Part shown: one piece after another, positions 51,046-64,000 of the stretch
How positions within the stretch are numbered: position 1 is the first letter of the stretch
Layout: the number at the start of each line of letters is the position of its first letter
DNA from: Myxococcota bacterium
GTDB taxonomy: Bacteria; Myxococcota_A; UBA9042; PHBI01; JAWLBL01
Assembly: GCA_041687695.1 (NCBI GenBank)
Contig: JAWLBL010000005.1
Coordinates: 4,382-68,381, forward strand
Length of the DNA: 64,000 bases
Reading direction: 5' to 3'
Notes under the pieces: model-generated
The model's input: only the letters and a program-made list of their open reading frames with translations
Told to the model about the DNA's origin: nothing
The model's database searches: none
Program-made: the position numbers and the translations under genes

Positions 51046-53823
51046 ATGAGCCATTGCTTCCGCACACGGCTTGCCTCCGCGTTCGCCGTCCTTTCGCTCG
51101 CGCCGGCCTGTGGATGGGACGATCTCTCCGTCTACGCCGAGGTTGATTCAGAACCGCTCGAGACCGATGTCGGGCCGCGTGGGGAAGTCTCGAAGGAGCA
51201 CGATGCCGCACTGGACTGCACTCACCTGGACGAGCCGTGCCGGTTGGGTGCATGGGACGAATCAGCCAACTATTGCAGGTCGGTGAGCAAGAGCGATGGC
51301 ACCGCGTGCGACGACGAGAACGCTTGCACGCTCACAGATGCTTGCTTAGCAGGCGTCTGCACCGGGTCGGATCCGTTGCCCTGCACCTCGGAGTATCCGT
51401 GCAATCAGCCTGGCGCTTGTGATCCCGCGACTGGCACGTGCACCAGCGTTCCATTAGAGGATGGTGCCGAGTGCGACGACGGTGATCCCTGTACCGACTC
51501 CGAGGAGTGCATCGCTGGAGCTTGTGTCGGCCAACCCTTGGCGTGCGATGATCAAGTAGCCTGTACGGCCGACAGCTGCGATCCGCAGGGAGGCGGATGC
51601 GTTCACGACGCGACCGGCTGCGAGTGCTCGACCGACGAGCAATGCGATGACAGCAACCCGTGTAACGGGACCGAGACCTGCGACGCTACGAGTGGGACAT
51701 GTGTCGTGGGCGCCGCAGTGAGCTGCGAGATGCTCGACGATGCGTGCAACGTGGGCGTCTGCCTCGCCGCAAGCGGCGAGTGCGTCAAAGAACCTCGTGC
51801 CGATGGTCTGGCCTGTGACGATGATGATCCCTGTACCGTGTTCGATGGCTGCGCCATGGGGGTCTGTGAAGGCGAGCCAACGAACTGCGACGACGGCGTC
51901 GCGTGTACAGCCGATAGTTGCGATGTAACCACGGGAGTGTGCATCCACGACACCGCCGGCTGCGAGTGCACCGATGACGCGCATTGCGACGACGGGAACC
52001 CCTGCAACGGTGTCGAGTCTTGTGCGACCGACGAAGGGCACTGCGCGCCTGGGGCCGCTGTGCAGTGCGAGCATCTGGATGACGACTGCAACCTAGGCTT
52101 CTGTGATAGCGCGACCGGAGGGTGCGTCCAGACGCCGCGGGAGGACGGATGGGGCTGCGACGATGGAAACGCCTGCACACAATCCGACACGTGCGTCGAC
52201 GGCATCTGCATGGGCGCCGAGCCGAAACCGTGTCCTGCAGTGAGCCAGTGCCACGGCACTGGTACCTGTGACCCGTCGGACGGACAGTGTTCGGCTCCGA
52301 AACTCGCCGATGGAGTCCCCTGTGACGATGACGACCCATGTACGACGAGCGACCAATGTCAGGCAGGTGCTTGTGTTGGCGGCGCTCCGCCGATCGATAG
52401 CACTGGGGACTGGACCATAGGGATGGGCGGGAGCGGAGATGACACTATCAGAGGCCTCGCTCTCGACCCCAATGGGAATATTTTCGCCATTGGGGACTAC
52501 AGCAGCGCGACGATGACCATGGGGGTTTTCGGATCCGGTAACAATGCGATGTTGACCAAGCTAGCCAGTCAAGCCGCGGCTGGGTTCGTCCTGCAGTATT
52601 CTCTGACAGGACATGTTGTCTCGGCCCGCCGGGTGGCGGGTAGCGCGACCAGCCTCTCCCTCTATGGCATTGACTTGCTTCCCGATGGCTCGCGAGCCAT
52701 CGTCGGCACAGCGGACGGCGCGACTACGCTGGGTTCCGGCAGTTCATCCAGTAGCATCGGTGATGGCACGAGCGTCATGTTCGCCTCTCGGCTTAGCATT
52801 GCTGACGCGCTCATCTGGGCGGGCACTGGACAGGGCGCGCTGCCGCTCACCGTCTCGGCATCGCCCACGTCCGTGTACTGGTCGGGCATCAACGCGGCCG
52901 GTTCCGATTCCGTCTTCGACGTGGGTGATGGGACGACCAGTAGCCTCCCTGTGGGAAGCAGTGGCTTCGTCGCCAGCACCAACTCCGTCGGTGGGCTGCT
53001 GGCCTGGACCGCACCGATTCAGACGAGTGGCTTCGGCGCGCTTCTGACGGACACAGCCGTGTTACCCGATGGCGGCTTGGTGGTCGCGGGCAACTTCTGC
53101 AAGACCTCCGTCTTCGGTACCGGTCTTGCAGCTGTGAGCCTCAGCCCGACTGGACAATGCGACGGGCTCGCCGCCAGGTACGCGGGCGACGGTACCCTCG
53201 TATGGGTTAGGAGCATCGGCGGGCCCACGGACGCCTTCGCTACCAGCGTCGCCGTGCTTGGCGGAGATGCCATCGCCGTCGGGGGTATGGTCACGGGAGC
53301 GGCGAGGGTGGCTGCACCGGAGGGTCAGCTTGCGGTACTACCAGACGGAGTCTCAGACGACGCCGACGCCATTGTGGTGGCGTTCGACTTGGACGGCAAC
53401 GTACTATGGTCCGACCGAGGCGTAGGAACGGGACCAAGCTGGCTCTACGACCTGGCGTCACGCGGCGGACGCGTCAGCGCAGTTGGTTCCGTGAGCGGTG
53501 TAGCGGATTTCGGATCGGGCTCGGCCAAAGGGCTCGTCACCGAGCCGGACAGTTCGGGTGAGCCTTCGCTCTTCGCCCTCCAGTACACCGACTCGGGTCA
53601 GCTGTTGTGGGCCGCCAAAGTCAGTGGGCCCGGCGAGGTCAGCGTCGCCGTGACTGAGTCTCCACGGGTCGCGACGCACGAAGGCGGAGCAGTGACGATG
53701 AGCGGAAACTTCAGAAAAACCACCACCTTAGGCTCAACAACCAAGAACTCGTTCGCGCCCAAGGGTGGGAGCGACATGTTCTTGCTACACGTCAACTCGG
53801 CTGATGGACTGCAATGCCAATAG
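51046..53823 (+). CDS. Lipoprotein with myxobacterial CDDGxxCT Cys-rich repeats and C-terminal beta-propeller (SBBP-like)
   Basis: LAPAC lipobox, many CDD.npCT repeats, 'ALDPNGNIFAIG' and 'DGTLVWVRS' blades. Visibly lower GC than its neighbours. Confidence 0.82.
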   Translation: MSHCFRTRLASAFAVLSLAPACGWDDLSVYAEVDSEPLETDVGPRGEVSKEHDAALDCTHLDEPCRLGAWDESANYCRSVSKSDGTACDDENACTLTDACLAGVCTGSDPLPCTSEYPCNQPGACDPATGTCTSVPLEDGAECDDGDPCTDSEECIAGACVGQPLACDDQVACTADSCDPQGGGCVHDATGCECSTDEQCDDSNPCNGTETCDATSGTCVVGAAVSCEMLDDACNVGVCLAASGECVKEPRADGLACDDDDPCTVFDGCAMGVCEGEPTNCDDGVACTADSCDVTTGVCIHDTAGCECTDDAHCDDGNPCNGVESCATDEGHCAPGAAVQCEHLDDDCNLGFCDSATGGCVQTPREDGWGCDDGNACTQSDTCVDGICMGAEPKPCPAVSQCHGTGTCDPSDGQCSAPKLADGVPCDDDDPCTTSDQCQAGACVGGAPPIDSTGDWTIGMGGSGDDTIRGLALDPNGNIFAIGDYSSATMTMGVFGSGNNAMLTKLASQAAAGFVLQYSLTGHVVSARRVAGSATSLSLYGIDLLPDGSRAIVGTADGATTLGSGSSSSSIGDGTSVMFASRLSIADALIWAGTGQGALPLTVSASPTSVYWSGINAAGSDSVFDVGDGTTSSLPVGSSGFVASTNSVGGLLAWTAPIQTSGFGALLTDTAVLPDGGLVVAGNFCKTSVFGTGLAAVSLSPTGQCDGLAARYAGDGTLVWVRSIGGPTDAFATSVAVLGGDAIAVGGMVTGAARVAAPEGQLAVLPDGVSDDADAIVVAFDLDGNVLWSDRGVGTGPSWLYDLASRGGRVSAVGSVSGVADFGSGSAKGLVTEPDSSGEPSLFALQYTDSGQLLWAAKVSGPGEVSVAVTESPRVATHEGGAVTMSGNFRKTTTLGSTTKNSFAPKGGSDMFLLHVNSADGLQCQ

Positions 53824-54054
53824 CGTATCGCCGCCGATCGTGGCTCGAGGGAAGCTCGTAATGTGGATCTCACGCGTCCCATGGGTGTCGCGAGGTGGCT
53901 TGAGGTGCGGAGGAATCCGGCCCGAAACCGTCGCCTCGGGACGGTGCGGATTGACACTGCTGCGGGCCGATGGGTAGCGTCCGGGCACGCGCGCGGTCGG
54001 AGGGCTATGGAGTCGTCGGCCGAGCCGTGAACGCAAGGCTGGGCAGGTGCGGCG

Positions 54055-57000
54055 ATGAAGCGGTGGACCCTCGTGCGGACGATGCGGTCGGGGCGGTTCG
54101 GGGCGGCGGTCTGGGCGCTCGGCGCGGTGGCGCTGGCGGTGGGCTGCGGGGACCTGGTGATCGCCGAAGGCACCAACGACGGGGGCGTCGTGGACGTCGT
54201 GCCCGACGCGGGGTCGGACGAAGGCAAGGAGCCGACGACCTGCGAGTTCGGCAACGACTCGGAGTGCGACGACGGGGACTCCTGCACGACCGACCGGTGC
54301 CTGTCGACCGGGGTGTGCTCGAGCACGCCGCGCGAGGGCGTGTGCAAGGTCGACGGGGTGTGCTGGGACGACGGGGCGAGCGCGCCCGGGTCCGTGTGCC
54401 AGGTGTGCGACACGAGCAAGGCCGTCAACGCCTGGACGCCCGTGGTCTGCGACGACGGCGACCCCTGCACCGACGGCAAGTGCGACGCGCAGTCGGGGTG
54501 CTTCCACGTGGCGGCGGCCGATGAGACGCCCTGCGACGACGGGGTCGCGTGCACGACCGACGACCGGTGCGTGGGCGGACAGTGCGTGGCGACGCCGTGC
54601 GGGTGCGGGGGCGACGACGGCGAGTGCGAGGGCAAGGTCGCGCTGGAGGCGTGCCAGCGGGCGGCGTGCGTCGAGGACGCGTGCGTGGCCGTGGCGGACG
54701 CGAGCAAGGACGGCAAGGCGTGCCAGGGCGGGGACCTGTGCGTGACGGGCGAGACGTGCCTGGAGGGCGTGTGCCAGGGCGGCGCGGCGGTGGCGTGCGA
54801 GCAGGAGGGGGCCGAGGTCTGCCAGGTGATGACCTGCAACCTCGAAAGCGGCGAGTGCGAGCCGGTGGACGCGCCAGACGACGAGGCCTGCGATCCGGGG
54901 GACCCGTGCATCGTGGAGGCGACGTGCCAGGAGGGCGAGTGCGTCGGGGCGGCCGTGGACTGCTCGGAGCTGAACGGGCCGTGCGCGACCGGCGTGTGCG
55001 AAGGGGGCAGCTGCGAGGTCGCGCTGACGGCCGAGGGGCAGAGCTGCGTACCGGCGGACGAGTGCGTCATCGAGGCGACGTGCACGGCGAGCGGGAGCTG
55101 CGTGGGCAAATGGGACGTCGACAACTGCGCGTGCGTCACCGCCGAGGACTGCGACGACGGGCAGGTGTGCACGATCGACGGCTGCGACGGCGGGGGGGTG
55201 TGCCAGTACGAGCCGGTGGCGGTCGAGGCCGGGAGCGTCGGCGGGGCCGAGACGGTGTGCCCGGGGGCGACGCCGGCGGGGCTGACGTCGGTGGCTGGGG
55301 CGTCGGGCGGCGTGGGCGAGTGGACCTATCAATGGCAGAGCAGCGCCGACGGTGAGGGCTGGGCGGCGCTCGAGGGCGCGACGGGTGAGGGGTACGCGCC
55401 GGGGGCGCTGACGGCGACGACGTGGTTCCGGCGGCAGGCCGTGAACCAGTGCGCGACCGTGGCGAGCGAGCCGGTGGTCGTGACGGTGGCCGAGGCGATG
55501 GAGGCGGGCAGCATCGGGGAGGACCAGACGCTGTGCCCGGGGGAGACGGCGGCGGTGCTGGCGTCGGTGGCGCCGGCGAGCGGCGGGATCGGGGCGGTGG
55601 CCTACGCGTGGGAGTCGCGGGCTCCGGGTGGGGCGTGGGCGCCCATCGCGGGGGCGACGGGCGAGACGTACGCGCCGGGGGCGCCGGCGGTGACGACCGA
55701 GTATCGGCGGCGGGCCAGCGGGGACTGCGGCAGCGTGACTTCGAACGCGGTGACGGTGACGGTGCAGCCGACGCTCGAGCCGGGGAGCATTGGCGGCGGG
55801 CAGGCGCTGTGCCAGGGGGCGACGCCGGCGGGGCTGACGTCGGCGGCCGGGGCCTCGGGCGGCGCGGGCAGCATCGGATACCAGTGGCAGCAGCGGGCGC
55901 CGGCCGGGGCGTGGCAGGACGTGGCGGGCGCGACCGGGGCGACGTACGCGCCCGAGAGCGTGGCCGCGACGACCGAGTTCCGGCGGCTGGCGGTGGACGG
56001 GTGCGGGTCGGCGCCGTCGAACGTGGTGACGGTGACGGTGGCCGAGGCGCTCGAGGCGGGGGCGGTCGGAGGCGGGCAGACCATCTGCCAGGGCGCGAAC
56101 GCGGCGGCGCTGTCGTCGGCGGAGGCGGCGAGCGGCGGCCTGGGGACGGTGCTGTACCAGTGGGAGTCGCGGGCGCCGGAGGGCGCGTGGGCGGCCATCG
56201 GCGGGGCTACTGGGGCGACGTATGCGCCGGGCGCGGTGGGGGAGACCACCGAGTATCGGCGTCGGGCCAGCAACGACTGCGGCGAGGCGGTGTCGAACGC
56301 GGTGACGGTCGCGGTGGACCCGGCCTTCGACGCGGGCAGCGTGGGCGGTGACCAGGCGGTGTGTCACGGGGCGACGCCGGCCGGGCTGACGTCCTCGGCG
56401 GGGGCGACGGGCGGCAGCGGGGCGAGCACCTATCAGTGGCAGGCGCGCCAGAGCGGGCAGACCAGCTGGGCGAACGTGGCCGGGGCGACCGGGGCGACCC
56501 ATCAGCCGGGGGCGGCGACGGTGACGACCGAGTACCGGCGCGGGGCGACGAACAGCTGCGGCAGCGGGCACTCGAACGTGGTGACGGTCTCGGTGCACGG
56601 GGCGCTGTCGGCGGGGACGCCCAGCGGGTCGCAGACGATCTGCCACGGGGCGACGCCCAGCCAGCTGACGGTGTCGGCGCCCAGCGGCGGCAGCGGGGGC
56701 TTCACCTTCCAGTGGCAGTCCAGCCCGAACGGCAGCACGTGGAGCGACATCGCGGGGGCCACGGGGGCCAGCTACCAGCCCGGAGCCCTGACGGCGAACA
56801 CGCAGTATCGGCGGGTGGCGACCAACGGCTGCGGGTCGGTCGAGTCGGCCAGCATCGCCATCGCCGTGCACGGCGCGCTAAACGCGGGCAGCGTGTCGGC
56901 CAACCAGTCGATCTGCAGCGGGGCCAAGCCGGCCGCGCTGACCGGGTCGTCGCCGTCGGGCGGCAGCGGATCGTTCAGCTATCAGTGGCAGTCCAGCACC

Positions 57001-57732
57001 AACGGGACCAGCTGGTCGAACGTGTCGGGGGCGACGAGCAGCAGCTACGCGCCCGGCGCGCTGACGACGACGACGCAGTTCCGGCGGGTGGCCAGCAACA
57101 GCTGCGGGTCGGCGACGTCGAACGCGGTGACGGTCACGGTCGCCAGCGGGCTGACGGCGGGCGGCATCGGCAACCCGCAGTCGATCTGCTACGGCGGCAA
57201 CCCCAGCGCGCTGTCCAGCACCAGCTCGGCCTCGGGGGGCCTGGGCAACATCACCTACCAGTGGCAGCAGCGCCCGTCGGGCGGCAGCTGGTCGAACATC
57301 TCGGGCGCGACGAGCACGACCTACAACCCGGGCGTGCTGACGACGACGACCGAGTACCGGCGGCAGGCCTCGAACACCTGCGGCACCGTGACCAGCAACA
57401 CGGTCACGGTGACGGTCGCGCCGAAGCTCGACGGCGGCGCCATCGGCTACGACCAGTGGGTCTGCCCCGGCGGCACGACCTCGACGTTCACCAACGTGAC
57501 GTCGGCCAGCGGCGGGTCGGGCAGCATCGCCTACCAGTGGCAGCGCCGGCAGGGCACCAACGCCTGGGAGAACATCTCGGGCGCGACCAGCGCGACCTAC
57601 AAGCCGTCGAACCTGCCCTACGAGTACCGTCGAGCCGCGTCGAACTCCTGCGGGACGGCGTACTCGAACACGGTCAAGGTCGAGCTGTTGCCGTACGATA
57701 TCTGCAACCCGTGCAACCCCATCTGCCCCTGA
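54055..57732 (+). CDS. Large adhesin-like lipoprotein: Cys-rich repeats + nine ~92-aa Ig-like repeats
   Basis: AVGC lipobox; repeated 'G.i.g.Q..C.G......YQWQ.....W..i.GAT...Y.P....TT.YRR...C'. Confidence 0.85.
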   Translation: MKRWTLVRTMRSGRFGAAVWALGAVALAVGCGDLVIAEGTNDGGVVDVVPDAGSDEGKEPTTCEFGNDSECDDGDSCTTDRCLSTGVCSSTPREGVCKVDGVCWDDGASAPGSVCQVCDTSKAVNAWTPVVCDDGDPCTDGKCDAQSGCFHVAAADETPCDDGVACTTDDRCVGGQCVATPCGCGGDDGECEGKVALEACQRAACVEDACVAVADASKDGKACQGGDLCVTGETCLEGVCQGGAAVACEQEGAEVCQVMTCNLESGECEPVDAPDDEACDPGDPCIVEATCQEGECVGAAVDCSELNGPCATGVCEGGSCEVALTAEGQSCVPADECVIEATCTASGSCVGKWDVDNCACVTAEDCDDGQVCTIDGCDGGGVCQYEPVAVEAGSVGGAETVCPGATPAGLTSVAGASGGVGEWTYQWQSSADGEGWAALEGATGEGYAPGALTATTWFRRQAVNQCATVASEPVVVTVAEAMEAGSIGEDQTLCPGETAAVLASVAPASGGIGAVAYAWESRAPGGAWAPIAGATGETYAPGAPAVTTEYRRRASGDCGSVTSNAVTVTVQPTLEPGSIGGGQALCQGATPAGLTSAAGASGGAGSIGYQWQQRAPAGAWQDVAGATGATYAPESVAATTEFRRLAVDGCGSAPSNVVTVTVAEALEAGAVGGGQTICQGANAAALSSAEAASGGLGTVLYQWESRAPEGAWAAIGGATGATYAPGAVGETTEYRRRASNDCGEAVSNAVTVAVDPAFDAGSVGGDQAVCHGATPAGLTSSAGATGGSGASTYQWQARQSGQTSWANVAGATGATHQPGAATVTTEYRRGATNSCGSGHSNVVTVSVHGALSAGTPSGSQTICHGATPSQLTVSAPSGGSGGFTFQWQSSPNGSTWSDIAGATGASYQPGALTANTQYRRVATNGCGSVESASIAIAVHGALNAGSVSANQSICSGAKPAALTGSSPSGGSGSFSYQWQSSTNGTSWSNVSGATSSSYAPGALTTTTQFRRVASNSCGSATSNAVTVTVASGLTAGGIGNPQSICYGGNPSALSSTSSASGGLGNITYQWQQRPSGGSWSNISGATSTTYNPGVLTTTTEYRRQASNTCGTVTSNTVTVTVAPKLDGGAIGYDQWVCPGGTTSTFTNVTSASGGSGSIAYQWQRRQGTNAWENISGATSATYKPSNLPYEYRRAASNSCGTAYSNTVKVELLPYDICNPCNPICP

Positions 57733-57856
57733 CGGCTTCGGCGCGGCAGGCAGGCGCCACCGCGCCGCAACACGATCGCCTGGGGTGCGGTTGACGAGGT
57801 CCGTCAGGGTCTCTTAGGGTCTGGCCTTCCAGCTTGGAGGCCGGATCCTGGACTTC

Positions 57857-58798
57857 GTGGACGCGACACTCGTGCGGCTCGCCCACCCTGCGGCGCGGGA
57901 GATGCTGGTGGGCGCGGCGGCGCTGGCGCGGGTGGCGGCGGCGGCGTACGACGCGAGCCGGCTGGCGATGGGGCCGCCCTACGAGGCGCGCTTCGACGAG
58001 GTGAGGATCGGCCAGGTGCTGCCCGCGAGCGCGCGTGGCGAGCTGCGCTGGGCGCGGGACGACGGACAGGACCGGCGCGTCGGCGGGTTCGAGGTGCACG
58101 GGCTGGGCGGCGAGGCGGACCTGGCGGTCGACTTCACGTGGCTGGGCGCGGTCGTGGCGCGGGTGGCGCCCGGCGGCGGACGGGTGGCCGCGGTCGACGT
58201 GGCGTGGCCGAGGGTCGCGGAGATCGACCAGCGCGTCGCGGAGCGGCTCGGTGCCTTGCCGAGCGGGGCGGAGGAGCGCGAGCGGGCGCGGCGCGAGGCG
58301 CTGCTGGGGCTGATGCGGGCCGAGGCGGGCGCGTCGGAGGCGGTGGACGAGGCCAGCCTCGGGCGGCTGCTGGCGCGGGCGGGGGTGGCGTCGGTGGGCG
58401 CGCTCGTCGCGTCGCGAGGGCAGGCGGCCGCGTTGCGGGTGCGCTGGGAGGCCGACGACACCGGGGCGGAGCCGGGGCCGGTGGCGCTGCCGATCGCGGC
58501 GGCCGGCCTGGTGCGTGATCCCGCGGCCGCCGGGTTCTCGCTGCGAGAGCTGCTGGCGACGAGCGCGAAGGTGCGCGCGCGCATGGGCGCGCTGGGGATC
58601 GAGCGCCCGGTCGACGAACGGCTGCCCAGACGACACGGTGCGCTGGTCCTGTGGGTCGTTCCGCGCGCGTGGTTCGACGACCCGCACTGGCCGGGCGGCG
58701 AGGAAGCCTCGGACGACGAGGCGCGCCGCCAGGCCCGCATCGAGGCCGCCAGCGCGTGGCTGAGCGCCGAAGGCATCGTCATCGTCGACGTCCCCTGA
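57857..58798 (+). CDS. Hypothetical protein (313 aa) upstream of the tail sheath gene
   Basis: Long ORF with host-like codon bias, co-oriented with the sheath gene. Confidence 0.65.
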   Translation: MDATLVRLAHPAAREMLVGAAALARVAAAAYDASRLAMGPPYEARFDEVRIGQVLPASARGELRWARDDGQDRRVGGFEVHGLGGEADLAVDFTWLGAVVARVAPGGGRVAAVDVAWPRVAEIDQRVAERLGALPSGAEERERARREALLGLMRAEAGASEAVDEASLGRLLARAGVASVGALVASRGQAAALRVRWEADDTGAEPGPVALPIAAAGLVRDPAAAGFSLRELLATSAKVRARMGALGIERPVDERLPRRHGALVLWVVPRAWFDDPHWPGGEEASDDEARRQARIEAASAWLSAEGIVIVDVP

Positions 58799-58840
58799 CC
58801 CGCGAACCCTGCCCTACCCCGAGACGCCAGGAGTGAAGCC

Positions 58841-60010
58841 GTGACATTGCCCGCCGCCTATCCCTTCGTTCAGGTCCGCGTCGACACGAGCGGACTGCAA
58901 CCGGTCGCGCAGCGCGCGCCCGGCGTCATCGCCATCGTCGGCGACACCAGCGGCGCCGGCACGGCCGCGCCCAACACCCCCTTCCGGGTCGACACCCTCG
59001 CGCAGGCCGCCGAGCTGTTCGCCACGGTGACCGCCGGGGTGGTCACCGAGACCCCGCTCTACCGATCGCTGCAGGTGGCGCTGCTGCAAAACCCCCGGCC
59101 GTCGAAGATCTACGGCGTGAGGGTGGACTCCGACGACTACGAGGCCGCTCTGGCTTCGCTCGACGCCGCGGACGACGTGACCTTCGTGGCGCTGGCCGGC
59201 GTGCCGGTCGAGGCGACCGGCGCGAGCGCGAAGCTGTCGGCGCTCAAGGCGCACTGTGAGAACAACTCGGCCGCCGGCCAGCGGCGGATCGGCGTGGCGT
59301 ACCTGGATCCCGCGATCGGCAAGTCCGCCACGCATGTGGCCGATGTGGTCACGGCGGCCTCCGGGCTCAAGAGCGACACCAGCCGCATGATCTTGGTCGC
59401 GGCCCGCGGCGCGGCCGACGGCCAGGGCGGCGCGGTCGACGTGGCCAGCGCCGCGATGGCCGCCATGGCTGGTTACGCGCCGCACATCTCGATGGTGCTC
59501 AAGCGCGTCGTGGGCTTTCGAATGCCCGTCGCGTCGCAGTATTCGCCGGCCGAGATCAACGGGCTGAGCGAGGCGAACATCATCCCCATCATCGACCCGG
59601 CGCTCGTCATGGGTGAGAGCCTGCACTTCGCCGAAGGCCGCTGCTTCACGACCGACGCCAACCTGACCTTCATCGACGTGGTCCGGACCCTGGACGACGT
59701 CGAGTTCCGGCTCAAGGCGGGGCTCATCGGGTTGGTCGGCGACGCCCGCGTCACGCGCTCGGGCCTCAACGCCGTCGTGACGACCTGCGAGGGCATCCTC
59801 GAGCCGCTCGAGCGGGCGGCGGTCATCGACGGCTTCGCGATCGACATCCCCGTGCTGCGGATCCTGAACCTGCCCGAGACGGCGCGCACCGCCGGCGAGC
59901 AGCAGACCGTCGCGGACGCGCGGGCCAACCGCCTGGTCGATCTGCTGGTATCGGTCACGCTCGGCCCCGCGGTCCACCGCCTGGTCGTCACGCTGCAACC
60001 CCGTTTCTAG
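58841..60010 (+). CDS. Contractile tail sheath protein (short form)
   Basis: N-terminal 'YPFVQVRVD...VIAIVG'; C-terminal 'EINGL....IIP...FIDVVRTLDDV...V..GPAVHRLVVTL' sheath pattern. CAGGAG RBS. Confidence 0.75.
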   Translation: MTLPAAYPFVQVRVDTSGLQPVAQRAPGVIAIVGDTSGAGTAAPNTPFRVDTLAQAAELFATVTAGVVTETPLYRSLQVALLQNPRPSKIYGVRVDSDDYEAALASLDAADDVTFVALAGVPVEATGASAKLSALKAHCENNSAAGQRRIGVAYLDPAIGKSATHVADVVTAASGLKSDTSRMILVAARGAADGQGGAVDVASAAMAAMAGYAPHISMVLKRVVGFRMPVASQYSPAEINGLSEANIIPIIDPALVMGESLHFAEGRCFTTDANLTFIDVVRTLDDVEFRLKAGLIGLVGDARVTRSGLNAVVTTCEGILEPLERAAVIDGFAIDIPVLRILNLPETARTAGEQQTVADARANRLVDLLVSVTLGPAVHRLVVTLQPRF

Positions 60011-60034
60011 CATCCCCCCTCGGAGGCCATCGCC

Positions 60035-60454
60035 ATGCCGGATTGGAAATCGCGCCTGGTGGTCAAGTACAACGCCGACGGCGTCTACAAGACCATCACC
60101 CCCATCGACTCGTTTCAGCCCTCGTTCGCCATGAACGCCGAGGTGCTGCACTCCATCGAGCAGAGTCACATCGGGGTCGTCTACTCGCCCGAGCAGATCA
60201 GCTTCACGATGACGGTCAAAGCCCTGGGGACGGCCGCCGCAGAGCTGACGACGCTCGCGCTGTCGGGCAAGCGCTTCGACGTGACGCTCGAGGAGCAGGA
60301 CGACGGCAACGACTGGTCGTTCACCAAGGTCGTGCTGCGCGACTGCGTGATCACGAGCGCCTCGCCGACCTCGGCGAGCCCCAACGGGGCACCGACGGCG
60401 TCGTTCTCAGGCTTCAGCCTGGCCGGGTCGGCGACCCCGCGGGGGGCCGCGTGA
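60035..60454 (+). CDS. Putative tail tube protein
   Basis: 139 aa, beta-strand rich, directly after the sheath gene; GGAGG RBS. Confidence 0.6.
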   Translation: MPDWKSRLVVKYNADGVYKTITPIDSFQPSFAMNAEVLHSIEQSHIGVVYSPEQISFTMTVKALGTAAAELTTLALSGKRFDVTLEEQDDGNDWSFTKVVLRDCVITSASPTSASPNGAPTASFSGFSLAGSATPRGAA

Positions 60455-60461
60455 CGCGCGC

Positions 60462-60755
60462 GTGGAGGCGCTCGTGACGAAGATCCGTGGGCTCGGGGGC
60501 GGCACGCTGGATGGGCCGGCCAAGCGCGTCACGCGGACCGGCCTCGCGCTGGTGCACGAGGGCGAGCTGGTCCTGCCGGCCGCGGGCAGCGAGGCGCAGG
60601 CCGTGGTCGTCGCCGAGGACGCGCGCCAGGTGGTGCACTACCACTTCCCCATCGAGATCGTCGTGCAGGGCCGCGGGGCCGAGCCGGTGGACGTCGAGGC
60701 GGCGATCGACCGGCGCCTCGCGGCGCTGGTCGACGAGCTGAGGAACCTCGCGTGA
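60462..60755 (+). CDS. Small protein carrying the tape-measure C-terminal 'G.ALVHEGE.V.P' motif
   Basis: 'GGG...VTRTGLALVHEGELVLP...VVHYHFPIEIVVQG'. Start may be 60474. Confidence 0.55.
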   Translation: MEALVTKIRGLGGGTLDGPAKRVTRTGLALVHEGELVLPAAGSEAQAVVVAEDARQVVHYHFPIEIVVQGRGAEPVDVEAAIDRRLAALVDELRNLA

Positions 60756-60776
60756 CGGAGGTCGGATAAGCGCCAG

Positions 60777-63913
<3,137 letters not shown>

Positions 63914-63914
<1 letters not shown>

Positions 63915-64000
63915 TGGCGCGGTTGTTCCACTTCCGTGGCGAGGCCAGCCTCATCGACGTCACCGCGCGGGTGAACAGCGACCCCAGGCTGGTGAGGTTC
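63914..64000 (+). CDS. Start of the next operon gene (partial)
   Basis: TGATG coupling; MARLFHFRGEASLIDV... is open to the window end. Confidence 0.55.

Overview
High-GC bacterial DNA. The myxobacterial-type Cys-rich lipoproteins and codon style suggest Myxococcota or a related deltaproteobacterium (inference). About 0.5-48 kb is a large anti-phage/toxin island: two tandem BrxD/DUF2791-like ATPases, McrBC, PD-(D/E)XK and HNH nucleases, a GmrSD/DUF262 remnant, a SIR2-protein kinase fusion, ImmA/IrrE peptidases, a SauUSI-like PLD-helicase-DUF3427 gene and two orphan AbiEi antitoxins, interspersed with REP-like repeat arrays. 48-57.7 kb encodes four large surface lipoproteins. 57.8-64 kb starts a contractile-tail (sheath/tube) operon. 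Main discoveries: (1) an integrase-free, integron-like array at 29-43 kb in which six copies of one HIT gene, five with the same promoter-like upstream segment and decaying progressively, each precede a different co-oriented defence/toxin cassette; (2) an unannotated selenoprotein (in-frame TGA plus a SECIS-like hairpin) at 14.6-15.0 kb; (3) a ~42-bp-period GGTTCGAACC array with variable spacers behind an unknown gene; (4) a duplicated papain-fold effector plus lipoprotein pair; (5) an atypical contractile injection module. All calls come from motif reading by eye; no database searches were run.
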